NCBI GenBank assembly: GCA_014730115.1
Contig: WJIU01000024.1
Span: 41,316 to 105,315 of the forward strand
DNA: 64,000 nt
Reading direction: 5' to 3'
Source of the DNA: Candidatus Micrarchaeota archaeon
GTDB taxonomy: Archaea > Micrarchaeota > Micrarchaeia > Anstonellales > Bilamarchaeaceae
In this document: piece after piece, positions 9,368-18,191 of the stretch
Layout: each line of letters opens with the position of its first letter
Numbering within the stretch: the first letter of the stretch is position 1
Notes under the pieces: model-generated
The model's database searches: none
Told to the model about the DNA's origin: nothing
Seen by the model: only the letters and a program-made list of their open reading frames with translations
Translations under genes and position numbers: made by a program

Positions 9368-9916
9368 CTATTCCCCTATCATTTTCCTTGCAGTCTTCAT
9401 TCTCTCTGAGATTGATATTTTTTCCTCTACCCGGTCAAACATCATAGTCTTGCCGGCATAATCCAGGATTTCCTGTTTGTCCAGGTTCGTCATCTCAGCA
9501 GCAGTTCCCAGGCTCATGCCCTGGGCATAGAAAGTCGCGGCCATTTTGAGCCTCCCTTTGGAAACGAGGTCCAGAAGAAAGCGGGGGTCTTCTTTTTCCA
9601 GTGCAATTACCGCCTTTTCAAGTTTTGAGAAAAGCTGCACCATTTCCTTTTCCTTGGCTCCCCTCGCCCGGCGCACAATCCCAGCGAACCTGTCCTCTAT
9701 TGTTTTCAGACGGCCCGAGTACTCCTTTTTCAGGAACCTGGGCTTGGAAACTATTTTGGCAAGCACATAGGAAAAGACTGCAAGCTTGAAGGACAGCCTG
9801 TCCGATTCAAGGGCAGCAGCCTTGAGCACCTCGTCGTTGAGCTTTCTTAAACGGCTCTGATTTCTCTTACGAAAAGCAGTCAGAATCTTGGGACCCAGCT
9901 CAATAATCGGTTTCAA
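9368..9916 (-). CDS. Hypothetical protein with C-terminal UPF0175-like HTH
   Basis: YAQGMSLGTAAEMTNLDKQEILDY. Confidence 0.6.
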   Translation of the reverse strand: MKPIIELGPKILTAFRKRNQSRLRKLNDEVLKAAALESDRLSFKLAVFSYVLAKIVSKPRFLKKEYSGRLKTIEDRFAGIVRRARGAKEKEMVQLFSKLEKAVIALEKEDPRFLLDLVSKGRLKMAATFYAQGMSLGTAAEMTNLDKQEILDYAGKTMMFDRVEEKISISERMKTARKMIGE

Positions 9917-10012
9917 GTGGCCACCTTTGTTTACGTATGGAAGGTTTGGGCGATACTATTAAAAATGTATCATGATTATATCATGACGGTTGCGTGACAA
10001 TATCGCAATCAT

Positions 10013-10456
10013 GTGGTGATGCTTATGGTGAATAACGACGACAAGGAATATAAAGCTACCGACAATGCATTCACCCGCGAAATCCGGAGTGACCTCGAGC
10101 ACAACATGGACAAATTCAAGGACCCTGTCGTGCTTGGAGAGATGGTCTTCCAACTGCTCGAGGAAAGGGAGAATACAAACCGCCTGCTCAAGAACATCCT
10201 GCACAGGCTGGAATCAATTGAGGCCAGGATGGGCGAAGAAGCCCAGCCAGTCATGGAACAGCCACTTCTCCCTAAAATCGATGAAGCGATACTCAAGTTC
10301 ATCAAGAAAAAAGGCAAGGCGACCGCCGAAGACGTAAGGGTGAAATTTAAGTACAAAGGAAAGAATGCTGCCTCAGCAAGGCTGAACAGGCTGTGTTCTA
10401 TGAACCTGCTTCGAAAAAAGCAGGCGGGGAAGAGGGTTTTCTTCTTTCCTTTATAA
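10013..10456 (+). CDS. Coiled-coil plus C-terminal winged-helix DNA-binding protein
   Basis: IDEAILKFIKKKGKATAEDV..ASARLNRL..LLRKKQAGKRVFF. Confidence 0.7.
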   Translation: MVMLMVNNDDKEYKATDNAFTREIRSDLEHNMDKFKDPVVLGEMVFQLLEERENTNRLLKNILHRLESIEARMGEEAQPVMEQPLLPKIDEAILKFIKKKGKATAEDVRVKFKYKGKNAASARLNRLCSMNLLRKKQAGKRVFFFPL

Positions 10457-10465
10457 CTTCACGCT

Positions 10466-10595
10466 ATAGCAGGGCGAAGAACGGATCAGCAAACCTCCCG
10501 CCTCTCTCATCTTATTATGATCCGTTCCTTCACCTGTTATCCTCCCACTCTCCTAGAGACTCTGACCAGGGTTTCTAGGACTACTCTCTTTTTTT
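10466..10595 (+). ncRNA. Two-hairpin element: long stem with CU-rich loop, then terminator-like hairpin and U-tract
   Basis: Stem 10466-10488/10518-10540; stem 10551-10564/10567-10580; T-run to 10595; G-U pairs favour the + strand. Confidence 0.5.
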
Positions 10596-10620
10596 ATTTG
10601 CTTTCCCCAGTGTAAGCCAT

Positions 10621-11064
10621 ATGGAATGGCAGGAAAAACTGGAACAGTCGGTAAAAGGCAAAAAAGTCCTCTTTCTGGGCGTGGGAAATGAGATGAAAGC
10701 CGATGACGGAACAGGAAAATGTGTTTTGGACAGGCTTAAAACGGAAGATAAGCTGTTCTGCGGTGAGATGCCGGAGAATTTTATTTCAAAAATCAAAAAA
10801 GCCGGTCCTGATGTCGTGATTCTGATAGACTCTGTAGACTTCAACAGAGCGCCGGGGGAAATCTGCCTATGCAGGCCGGAAGTGGTTGAAGGCGGCAGCC
10901 TGAGCACCCATTCAATTTCCCTTTCGCTCATGCAAAAGTTGCTTCCGGGAGTGGAGGTGTATCTCCTTGGAATCCAGCCAAAAAGCCTGGAGTTCGGAAA
11001 GCCCATGAGCCGGGAAGCCATGCAGGGAGCCGAGAATATGGCAAATGTGCTTAACCGCCTGTAA
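10621..11064 (+). CDS. hycI: Hydrogenase maturation protease (HycI-like)
   Basis: LGVGNEMKADDGTG, PEN, IDSVDF, STH, LGIQP. Confidence 0.9.
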   Translation: MEWQEKLEQSVKGKKVLFLGVGNEMKADDGTGKCVLDRLKTEDKLFCGEMPENFISKIKKAGPDVVILIDSVDFNRAPGEICLCRPEVVEGGSLSTHSISLSLMQKLLPGVEVYLLGIQPKSLEFGKPMSREAMQGAENMANVLNRL

Positions 11065-11095
11065 CAATTATATTATTTATCTGCATAAATCAGCC

Positions 11096-11800
11096 ATGCG
11101 ACAGGCACTACCCATCCTTTCATTCCTGATAGCGGCTACTGCCATGTACCTGATACTTGTCAACGGGATAGAGCTTCCTTCCGAGTATGAGATTTTTGCG
11201 GCCCTTGTTTCAATCGCAGCAATCGGAGGGCTGAGCATCGCCGGGCTTTTTGAAAAGTCCATCATCAGGTATGCATATTTTTCTGCGGCAATACAGTTCG
11301 GCTACTTCATGCTGGATGCCAGCACTGCACTCCTGATTGACAAATCGGTCTGGTTTGCAGTTATCCAGTTCATTAATTTCGTCATTGCCGGGGGGCTATT
11401 TGCAATAGTGATTTCGCTGCTGTACAACACGGTGAGAAAAGAGCAGGTCCCTGAGTATTCCGGGCTTTATGAGAAAAACCAGCTGCTTGGGCTTGTCCTC
11501 GCAGTAAGCTGCCTCTCACTGGGAGGCATGCCCGGCTTCAACATATTCGTCGGGGAGTATCTGATCTACGGCTCGCTTTTCGCCGTCCATCCGGCGCTCA
11601 CACTCATGGCAGTGTTTGCCAGCCTGGTGGCATTCATTTTCTATTTCAGGATATGCTACGTGATGTTTGCAGGTACCGAGAGCAGAAAAATCAACTGCGG
11701 CATAATAACCAAGGCAGTGCTGGTTGTTCTTGCACTGCTCACGGTCGGACTGGGGATGCTGCCCCAAATCCTTTTCAGGGTACTGGAGATGTACATATGA
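11096..11800 (+). CDS. Short Mrp/NuoN-like antiporter subunit of the group 4 hydrogenase
   Basis: YAYFSAAIQFGYF, LSLGGMPGFNIFVGE; only about 234 aa. Confidence 0.75.
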   Translation: MRQALPILSFLIAATAMYLILVNGIELPSEYEIFAALVSIAAIGGLSIAGLFEKSIIRYAYFSAAIQFGYFMLDASTALLIDKSVWFAVIQFINFVIAGGLFAIVISLLYNTVRKEQVPEYSGLYEKNQLLGLVLAVSCLSLGGMPGFNIFVGEYLIYGSLFAVHPALTLMAVFASLVAFIFYFRICYVMFAGTESRKINCGIITKAVLVVLALLTVGLGMLPQILFRVLEMYI

Positions 11801-11916
11801 AGAAGACAAAGATTTATCTGGGGGGAGAGGACATCGAAGAGGATGAGATGATGCCCAGGGACTTCACCGACTTTCTTGTATCATTCATCAAGGACATCGT
11901 AGGAGGGAGGAGATGA
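11797..11916 (+). CDS. 39-aa peptide with YLGGE motif (MbhI/EchA C-terminus-like)
   Basis: ATGA overlaps with both neighbours; MKKTKIYLGGEDIE. Confidence 0.55.
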   Translation: MKKTKIYLGGEDIEEDEMMPRDFTDFLVSFIKDIVGGRR

Positions 11917-13979
11917 GCACGATAATCAAGAAGTCGCCATGGATAAGCTTCTACAACGCCGGAGGGTGCATCCCAGGGGACACGATGATGATCTTCAGGG
12001 ATGGCGAGATACTGACGGCCAAGGAGATCGTTGAGGACATCCTTGGTGCCAGGGATTTCACCAGACTCGGGAAGAACGAGGTCCTTGCAAGCGAGATAGA
12101 AGCCAAGACCTTGTCATGGAACTGCACTTCGCCTAAGGAGGGCATCATCAGGACAGCCTACAAGCTACCTTCCGATGGCAAGCTCATAGAGATAAACACT
12201 TCCACCACGAGATTGAGGCTCACTCCAGACCATAAGGTGCTCATAGATACGGAGAACGGCCCGCAATGGAGGGAGGCGAAGGATCTGGCGAGGAACGACC
12301 ACCTCTATTCGCCGAGGAAACTGCATGTCGATGACAGCCGGAAGGCGCCCTGCATCCTGGAATGGCTCCCGGGGCCGTTCAAAGCGATATTCAAGGATGG
12401 CATCAAGGAGAGGATAAAGGATAGGCTCAAGAAAAGGTTCGGGAACCTCAGGAAAGCCTCCGATGCCTGCGGTATAAACTACAAGAGGTTGACGCATAGC
12501 GCAGAAGGGCTGAGCGTCAGGGAGCTGCGCTCAATATCCGAAAGAACCGGCATCAGCCTGGGTTGGATGTCGAGAATGCTCATCATGACCGTCAAGGGCA
12601 CACAGAGGTCAGGCATATCGATCCGGGACATCGACGGAGAACTCCTGTATGTCCTCGGGCTCATCGCCTCAGATGGCTGCATCTCATCCAATAAGGGAAG
12701 GAGAAGAAGCTACAGGATAAGGTTCGACAACAATGAGGGCGCCCTCATCTCCGGGTTCACAAGGATCATGGACAAATGGGCTCCCGGATCCAGGATGAAG
12801 GTAGAGAGGGCGGGCAGAGTCCACAGGGCGCATGTCTGCCATTACCCATTCGCATATCTTGCAACGCATATGGGATTGAGGGGATTGTCCAGGAGGGAGG
12901 ACCTGAGGGGCATCTTCCGCCTCCCTGAGAGCATGATTGCGTCTTTCCTGGCCGGTTTCTTCGACGGTGATGGCTCAGTGGTGATCGACAGGGGAGCCGG
13001 CAGGGATAAGCCGAGAATCAGCCTCGAGATAGCCATCAAGAATTACAAAACAGCCAAGATGACCCAACTCCTTCTTAAGAGGTTGGGCATCATCAGCAAG
13101 GTATCGGCCTCCGTGAATAGGAGCAGCTTCGGCACAAGAACAATGCATAGTGTCAGGATAACAACCCCATATGACATCCGCCTGTTCGCAGAGAAGGTGC
13201 CGGTTGCCCACCCCAAGAAAAAAGCAAAGCTCAAGCAAGTCAAAGGGATTTCAAACAAGAGCCGCCAAAGCACCGGTAAGCTCTACCATGCGCCCCTCAG
13301 ATGCGGCAGCATCATCAGACAGGCAAGGAAGGAGGCTGACCTTAGTTCTGAGAGCATATTCGATCCCGCACTCCTCAGCATGATAGAGAACGGGAAGAGG
13401 GTCGAGAAAGGAACGATCGAGAGGGTGTGCAAGAACCTTGAAGAAAGGACAGGAAGAACCGAGCGCACCAAGGAGCTGCGGAAGCTGATCTCTCTGGATG
13501 CCTATCTGGACCCGGTCAAGAGCATACGCGAGATTGCTTCAAAAGATGGGTTCGTGTATAATTTCAACATCGCTGAGACGCACAAATACATCCCAGAGGG
13601 GGCATTCGTGGTGGCCAATTGCAACGGCTGCACGCTGGAGGTATTTGCATGCTTCAATCCGAGATACGATGTTACTCGGTTCGGAATGGAGCTGAAATCA
13701 AGCGCAAAGCACGCCGATGTGCTCGTGATTTCAGGAATAGTGAACCGGCAGAATGTGAAAAGGCTGAAGAAGATATACGGGCAGCTGCCCGAGCCCAAGA
13801 GGGTGGTTGCAGTAGGGGCGTGCGCGGTTACCGGAGGGCTCTACCAGGGCTCTTATTCCCAGGTGGGACCGGTGGACAAGGTAATCCCGGTGGACGTTTA
13901 TGTCCCGGGATGCCCGCCCCGCCCGGAGTCAATAATAGACGGAATAAGGAAGTGTTTGGATGCTAAACGTAACAGATGA
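11913..13979 (+). CDS. Group 4 [NiFe]-hydrogenase small subunit (NuoB/EchC/MbhJ-like) with intein
   Basis: Exteins KKSPW..NAGG | CNGCTLE..RYDVTRFG..ADVL..G..PEPKRVVAVGACA..VDVYVPGCPPRPE. Confidence 0.92.
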   Translation: MSTIIKKSPWISFYNAGGCIPGDTMMIFRDGEILTAKEIVEDILGARDFTRLGKNEVLASEIEAKTLSWNCTSPKEGIIRTAYKLPSDGKLIEINTSTTRLRLTPDHKVLIDTENGPQWREAKDLARNDHLYSPRKLHVDDSRKAPCILEWLPGPFKAIFKDGIKERIKDRLKKRFGNLRKASDACGINYKRLTHSAEGLSVRELRSISERTGISLGWMSRMLIMTVKGTQRSGISIRDIDGELLYVLGLIASDGCISSNKGRRRSYRIRFDNNEGALISGFTRIMDKWAPGSRMKVERAGRVHRAHVCHYPFAYLATHMGLRGLSRREDLRGIFRLPESMIASFLAGFFDGDGSVVIDRGAGRDKPRISLEIAIKNYKTAKMTQLLLKRLGIISKVSASVNRSSFGTRTMHSVRITTPYDIRLFAEKVPVAHPKKKAKLKQVKGISNKSRQSTGKLYHAPLRCGSIIRQARKEADLSSESIFDPALLSMIENGKRVEKGTIERVCKNLEERTGRTERTKELRKLISLDAYLDPVKSIREIASKDGFVYNFNIAETHKYIPEGAFVVANCNGCTLEVFACFNPRYDVTRFGMELKSSAKHADVLVISGIVNRQNVKRLKKIYGQLPEPKRVVAVGACAVTGGLYQGSYSQVGPVDKVIPVDVYVPGCPPRPESIIDGIRKCLDAKRNR
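11967..13619 (+). mobile_element. Intein (551 aa) with LAGLIDADG homing endonuclease
   Basis: Block A CIPGDT, block B LTPDHKV, LGLIASDG and LAGFFDGDG, block F VYNFNI, ends VVAN before Cys+1. Confidence 0.92.
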
Positions 13980-14304
13980 AATCAAAAAAATGAAGGCAGA
14001 CCGGCTGGTAAGCATAACTGTAGCCAAAGAGAAAGGTAAGAACATAGTGTTCTACCATCTTGCCAGAAACGACAGTCCGGAAATACTGGAGTATAGCATT
14101 AAAGTTCCTAAAAACGAGCAGGTGAAAAGCCTGATTGACCTGTTTGAGAACGCAGCCCTGTATGAAGCTGAGGCAACAGAGCTGTTTGGCGTAAAATTCA
14201 GGGGCAATGAGCTCAGCGGCAAGAGGCTGTTCCAGGGAGAAGGGCCTCCGATTCCCAAGACCTGCGCCTTCAAGGGCGCATTCAGGGTGACAAAAGATGC
14301 ATGA
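13960..14304 (+). CDS. NuoC/EchD-like hydrogenase subunit
   Basis: SLIDLFENAALYEAEATELFGVKFRG. Confidence 0.85.
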   Translation: MLNVTDEIKKMKADRLVSITVAKEKGKNIVFYHLARNDSPEILEYSIKVPKNEQVKSLIDLFENAALYEAEATELFGVKFRGNELSGKRLFQGEGPPIPKTCAFKGAFRVTKDA

Positions 14305-15457
14305 CAAGATTTTCCCGATTGGCCCCCAGCATCCTTCTCTCAAGGAGCCGATATTCCTGAAGCTCCATGTGGACGGCAGCTACATTACCAAAGCCGAATT
14401 CAACCTCGGTTATGCGCACCGGGGGGTGGAAAAGTGTGCGGAGGGCTACCTGCTTGACACCGCACTTCATGCCGTCCAGAGGACCTGCGGCATCTGCTCC
14501 CAGTGCCATTCCCTGGCATTCCTGAACGCAGTTGAGCCCATGGCCGGGATAGAGGTGCCTGACAAGGTATACCTGCAGAGGCTGCTCTCTGCAGAGCTGG
14601 AAAGGATACACTCCCACCTCCTATGGGGTGGCCTGATGGCACATGAAATCGGCCTGGAGACCCTTTTCATGTATTACTGGCGTGAGAGGGAGCATATCCT
14701 GGACGTATTTGATGACCTTACCGGCAACCGGGTCCACCACTCCCCTGATTTGATTGGAACTGCCAAAAGGGCATTCAACAGGAAAAACCTGGATTTCATC
14801 CTTGAGAAACTCGACCTTATTGAACCGGAAGTAAAAGAACTCAAGGAAGTCATGAGGAGTGAAAGGGTAATCACCAGCAGGTTCAAGAAGCACGGAATGA
14901 TTCCCAGGAAGATGGCAATAGACCTCGGGCTGGTAGGCCCTACTGCCAGAGGCTCAGGAGTGGAGAATGACGTCCGCGTCCATGACCCCTATATGGCCTA
15001 TGCCTTCAAGGAGCTGAAGGTAAAGCCGGTGGTAAGAAACGAATGCGATTCCTGGGGAAGGTCAATGGTCCGATGCGATGAGGTCTTTGAATCTATCGGG
15101 CTGATAAGAAAGGCCTGTGAGATGATTGACCCCAAGGAGGATGTTCCCAAAAGAAAGAACGTTTTCGCAAAAGGAACCTACGGAAGGGGAAGGTCGGAAG
15201 CTCCAAGGGGGGAGAACTTCCATTTTGTGAAAGTTGAAAACAACCGGATTTCAAGAATAAAGATGAGGACGCCTACCCTGGCCAACCTGATATGCTATTC
15301 ACGGATAATGGAGGGTGAAGATATCACCGATGTTCCGGTAATCATGATGAGCCTGGACCCCTGCATCTCCTGCATGGAAAGGGTTGCAGTAATAAGAAAC
15401 GAAAAGAAAGAGGTCTGGACAAGCCACGAGCTGTTTGAGGGTAAAAAACATGATTGA
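14297..15457 (+). CDS. Group 4 [NiFe]-hydrogenase large subunit
   Basis: GPQHP, HRGVEK, L1 RTCGIC, EAPRGE, L2 DPCISCMER followed by a C-terminal extension. Confidence 0.93.
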   Translation: MHDKIFPIGPQHPSLKEPIFLKLHVDGSYITKAEFNLGYAHRGVEKCAEGYLLDTALHAVQRTCGICSQCHSLAFLNAVEPMAGIEVPDKVYLQRLLSAELERIHSHLLWGGLMAHEIGLETLFMYYWREREHILDVFDDLTGNRVHHSPDLIGTAKRAFNRKNLDFILEKLDLIEPEVKELKEVMRSERVITSRFKKHGMIPRKMAIDLGLVGPTARGSGVENDVRVHDPYMAYAFKELKVKPVVRNECDSWGRSMVRCDEVFESIGLIRKACEMIDPKEDVPKRKNVFAKGTYGRGRSEAPRGENFHFVKVENNRISRIKMRTPTLANLICYSRIMEGEDITDVPVIMMSLDPCISCMERVAVIRNEKKEVWTSHELFEGKKHD

Positions 15458-16277
15458 GATTTTGTATGCATTGCTGCTGATTCCGCTTGCCCTTCTGATA
15501 GAGGGTATCCGGAGGAAAGCAGTTGCAAGGATGCACAACCGGGTGGGGCCGCCCTTCCTCCAGCCTTTTTACGACATTATGAAGCTTATTTCCAAAAAGG
15601 AGTTCAGCAGAAAGAACCTTGTCTTCAATCTTGTGCCTTACCTTGCACTGCTCTGCTCGCTGGCAATGCTGCTGTTCATTCCGTTTGCCATAATAGGTTT
15701 CGACTATGATTTCCTGGTGTTCGGGTACCTTTTCATCCTCCAGGACACCTTTTACATATTCGGGGCAGTGTCCAGCCGGTCCCCATTTGCCATGTTCGCA
15801 AGCGTGAGGGAGCTTCTGCTGATGCTTGGTTACGAGATTACCTTCCTCATAGTGCTTTCCCTGTTCTTCTACGGAACCGGCGCAATGAGTTTCCAGGAGT
15901 TTGCCGCAGAATTCGCCTTCCTGAAGCTTCCGCTGGTCTCACTTTTCCTTCTGTTTACAGGCTTTGTAATACTCAGAATAACGCCCTATGACGTGATGGT
16001 TGCAGAGCCGGAGATTTCAGCCGGATTCTTCTCGGAATATTCCGGAGCGTCCCTGGCAGTCCTGGAAATCGCCGAATTCATAAAGGATTTCATAATATAC
16101 ATGCTGTTTGGCTTCCTGCTTTTCGGCCCCGGATATGCCCTTCTGCTGTCCCCGGTTTTCATGCTGTTCTACATGGTCATGCTTACAAGCTCGCCCAGGT
16201 ACTCAACAGTTGCTACGGTCAAGACATTCCTTTTCCTGGCCCTGCTCGCATTCCTGGACGTTTTCGTGGTGATATGA
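15450..16277 (+). CDS. NuoH/EchB/MbhM-like membrane subunit
   Basis: RKAVARMHNRVGPPFLQPFYDIMKL; PYDVMVAEPEISAGFFSEYSG. Confidence 0.9.
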   Translation: MIEILYALLLIPLALLIEGIRRKAVARMHNRVGPPFLQPFYDIMKLISKKEFSRKNLVFNLVPYLALLCSLAMLLFIPFAIIGFDYDFLVFGYLFILQDTFYIFGAVSSRSPFAMFASVRELLLMLGYEITFLIVLSLFFYGTGAMSFQEFAAEFAFLKLPLVSLFLLFTGFVILRITPYDVMVAEPEISAGFFSEYSGASLAVLEIAEFIKDFIIYMLFGFLLFGPGYALLLSPVFMLFYMVMLTSSPRYSTVATVKTFLFLALLAFLDVFVVI

Positions 16278-16278
16278 A

Positions 16279-16641
16279 ATGGTTTCAATGATAATCAAGG
16301 TACTGAAGAATCTGCTCTCCAAGCCATTCACCTCAAAATATCCAAAGGAAAAGGCAAAGGTTTCGGTTAATTTCAGGGGAGCCATTCATGTAGACCAGGA
16401 AAACTGCATAGCCTGCAGGCTGTGCGAGGTGAACTGCCCTACCGGCGCCATTGTGGTGGACACAAAGAAGAATTACGCGGTAGTAGACAGGAGCCTCTGC
16501 ATTCTCTGCGGCATGTGCGCAGAGGTGTGCCCGGTGAACGTAATCTGGTTTTCCAACGATTACGAGAACGCAGAAAAAAAGAAAAAGGATTTCAGGAAGC
16601 AGCTGCCCGGCCCGAATCCCCGCCCCGGAAAAAGGTCCTGA
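16279..16641 (+). CDS. 2[4Fe-4S] ferredoxin subunit (NuoI/EchF-like)
   Basis: FTSKYP, FRG, CIACRLCEVNCP, CILCGMCAEVCP. Confidence 0.92.
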   Translation: MVSMIIKVLKNLLSKPFTSKYPKEKAKVSVNFRGAIHVDQENCIACRLCEVNCPTGAIVVDTKKNYAVVDRSLCILCGMCAEVCPVNVIWFSNDYENAEKKKKDFRKQLPGPNPRPGKRS

Positions 16642-16701
16642 GTCCTTTATAAGTGTTATTATTTATATTATATAATGGTATTACACATTTATAATAATTA
16701 A

Positions 16702-18159
16702 GTGAGTGGATTTACCATGCCGAAGAGACTTGACTTTGAGACAACAGCAGACATTGAGCTTCCCAAAGACCCGTTCCAGAAAATAATAGGACAGGAAGAG
16801 GCAGTGGAGATTGCGAAGATGGTTCCCCACCAGAGAAGGCATCTTTTTCTGGTCGGCCCTCCCGGAACCGGCAAAAGCATGATTGCACAGGCAATCGCCA
16901 GCGTACTCCCCAAGCCCACATATGAGGTTTCAGTGCTTGACAATCCGGAAAACCCTGACAAGCCGATTATTGAAATGCGGGATGAGAACCAGATAAAGAG
17001 GGACAAGAGAAAGGACCGCAAAGTCGGGGTGGAAGTCACCCCTCTTGAAGTGCCCACCTTTGTTTCTGAAAAGCTGGGGTTCAGGTGCAGGCGATGCGCG
17101 GCTTTGAGCCCGTTCACCGAAAGTGTGTGCCCCCAGTGCGGAGCAAACAAAATCCAGAAAAACAACCTTTTTGACAAATACGGGGTTGCGCCCCAGCTGG
17201 GGCTGGACCCCATGCTTGAGAAAGTAAGGGTAGCCACCACCAGGAGGACAATGAGCGGAAAGGAAGAAGTAATAATCTATGAAAGAACCCTTGACGGAAA
17301 AATCCTGATGCTGAAGCAGGACGAGATAAAGAAAATTGAGGAGATGAACAAGAAATCAAAAAGGAAAATAATTGTCCCCCTCAAGCGCACCAACTTTGTC
17401 CAGGCCAGCGGAGGGACCGAAACCGAGCTCCTTGGGGACATTAGGCATGACCCCTATGGAGGGCACGCGCACCTGGGAACATCCTCCTACCAGAGGGTGG
17501 TGCCAGGAGCAGTCCACGAAGCCCATGAGGGTGTGCTGTTCATTGATGAGCTTTCCACACTTGGCGAAATCCAGAGGCACATACTTACCGCAATGCAGGA
17601 AAAGCAATTTCCCATCGTGGGCAGGAACCCTATGAGCAGCGGCGCTGCGGTAAGGGTGGAAGGCGTGCCGTGCGACTTCATTTTTGTGGGAGCCTGCAAC
17701 ATCAATGACATTCGAAAGATTGTGCCTGCCCTGCGCTCCAGGATAAGGGGAGACGGATATGAAGTGCTGATGCACAGCCACATGGATGACACTCCCAGGA
17801 ACGAAGAAAAGCTTGCCCAGTTTGTTGCCCAGGAAATCATCAAGGACGGAAAGATACCCCATGCTAAAAGGCCTGCAGTACTCAGGATAGTTGAGGAGGC
17901 GCGGACAATTGCCAGGAGGGTGGACAACGCCAAGGGCCTTACCCTGAGGCTGAGGAATCTGGCCGGAATAATCAAAATGGCCGGAGACATGGCAGTTACC
18001 GCAAAAAAAGAAAACATAGAGAAGAAAGATGTCATCAAGGCTATAACCGATGCCAGGCCGATAGAGGAGAAAATCAGGGAAAAGTATGGGAACTGGTGGT
18101 CCGCAGAGGCTGCCGACTACGGAGTCACTACTGACAAGGCTGGTCCGGAAACTGCCTGA
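16702..18159 (+). CDS. LonB-like AAA+ ATPase with Zn-ribbon insert and no protease domain
   Basis: IIGQEEAV, GPPGTGKS, CRRC..CPQC, LLGDIRHDPYGG, VLFIDE, ALRSRIRG, LTLRLRNL; no Ser-Lys dyad domain. Confidence 0.85.
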   Translation: MSGFTMPKRLDFETTADIELPKDPFQKIIGQEEAVEIAKMVPHQRRHLFLVGPPGTGKSMIAQAIASVLPKPTYEVSVLDNPENPDKPIIEMRDENQIKRDKRKDRKVGVEVTPLEVPTFVSEKLGFRCRRCAALSPFTESVCPQCGANKIQKNNLFDKYGVAPQLGLDPMLEKVRVATTRRTMSGKEEVIIYERTLDGKILMLKQDEIKKIEEMNKKSKRKIIVPLKRTNFVQASGGTETELLGDIRHDPYGGHAHLGTSSYQRVVPGAVHEAHEGVLFIDELSTLGEIQRHILTAMQEKQFPIVGRNPMSSGAAVRVEGVPCDFIFVGACNINDIRKIVPALRSRIRGDGYEVLMHSHMDDTPRNEEKLAQFVAQEIIKDGKIPHAKRPAVLRIVEEARTIARRVDNAKGLTLRLRNLAGIIKMAGDMAVTAKKENIEKKDVIKAITDARPIEEKIREKYGNWWSAEAADYGVTTDKAGPETA

Positions 18160-18191
18160 TTTTTAATAGTGGAACCTTCTAATTTCATTGG

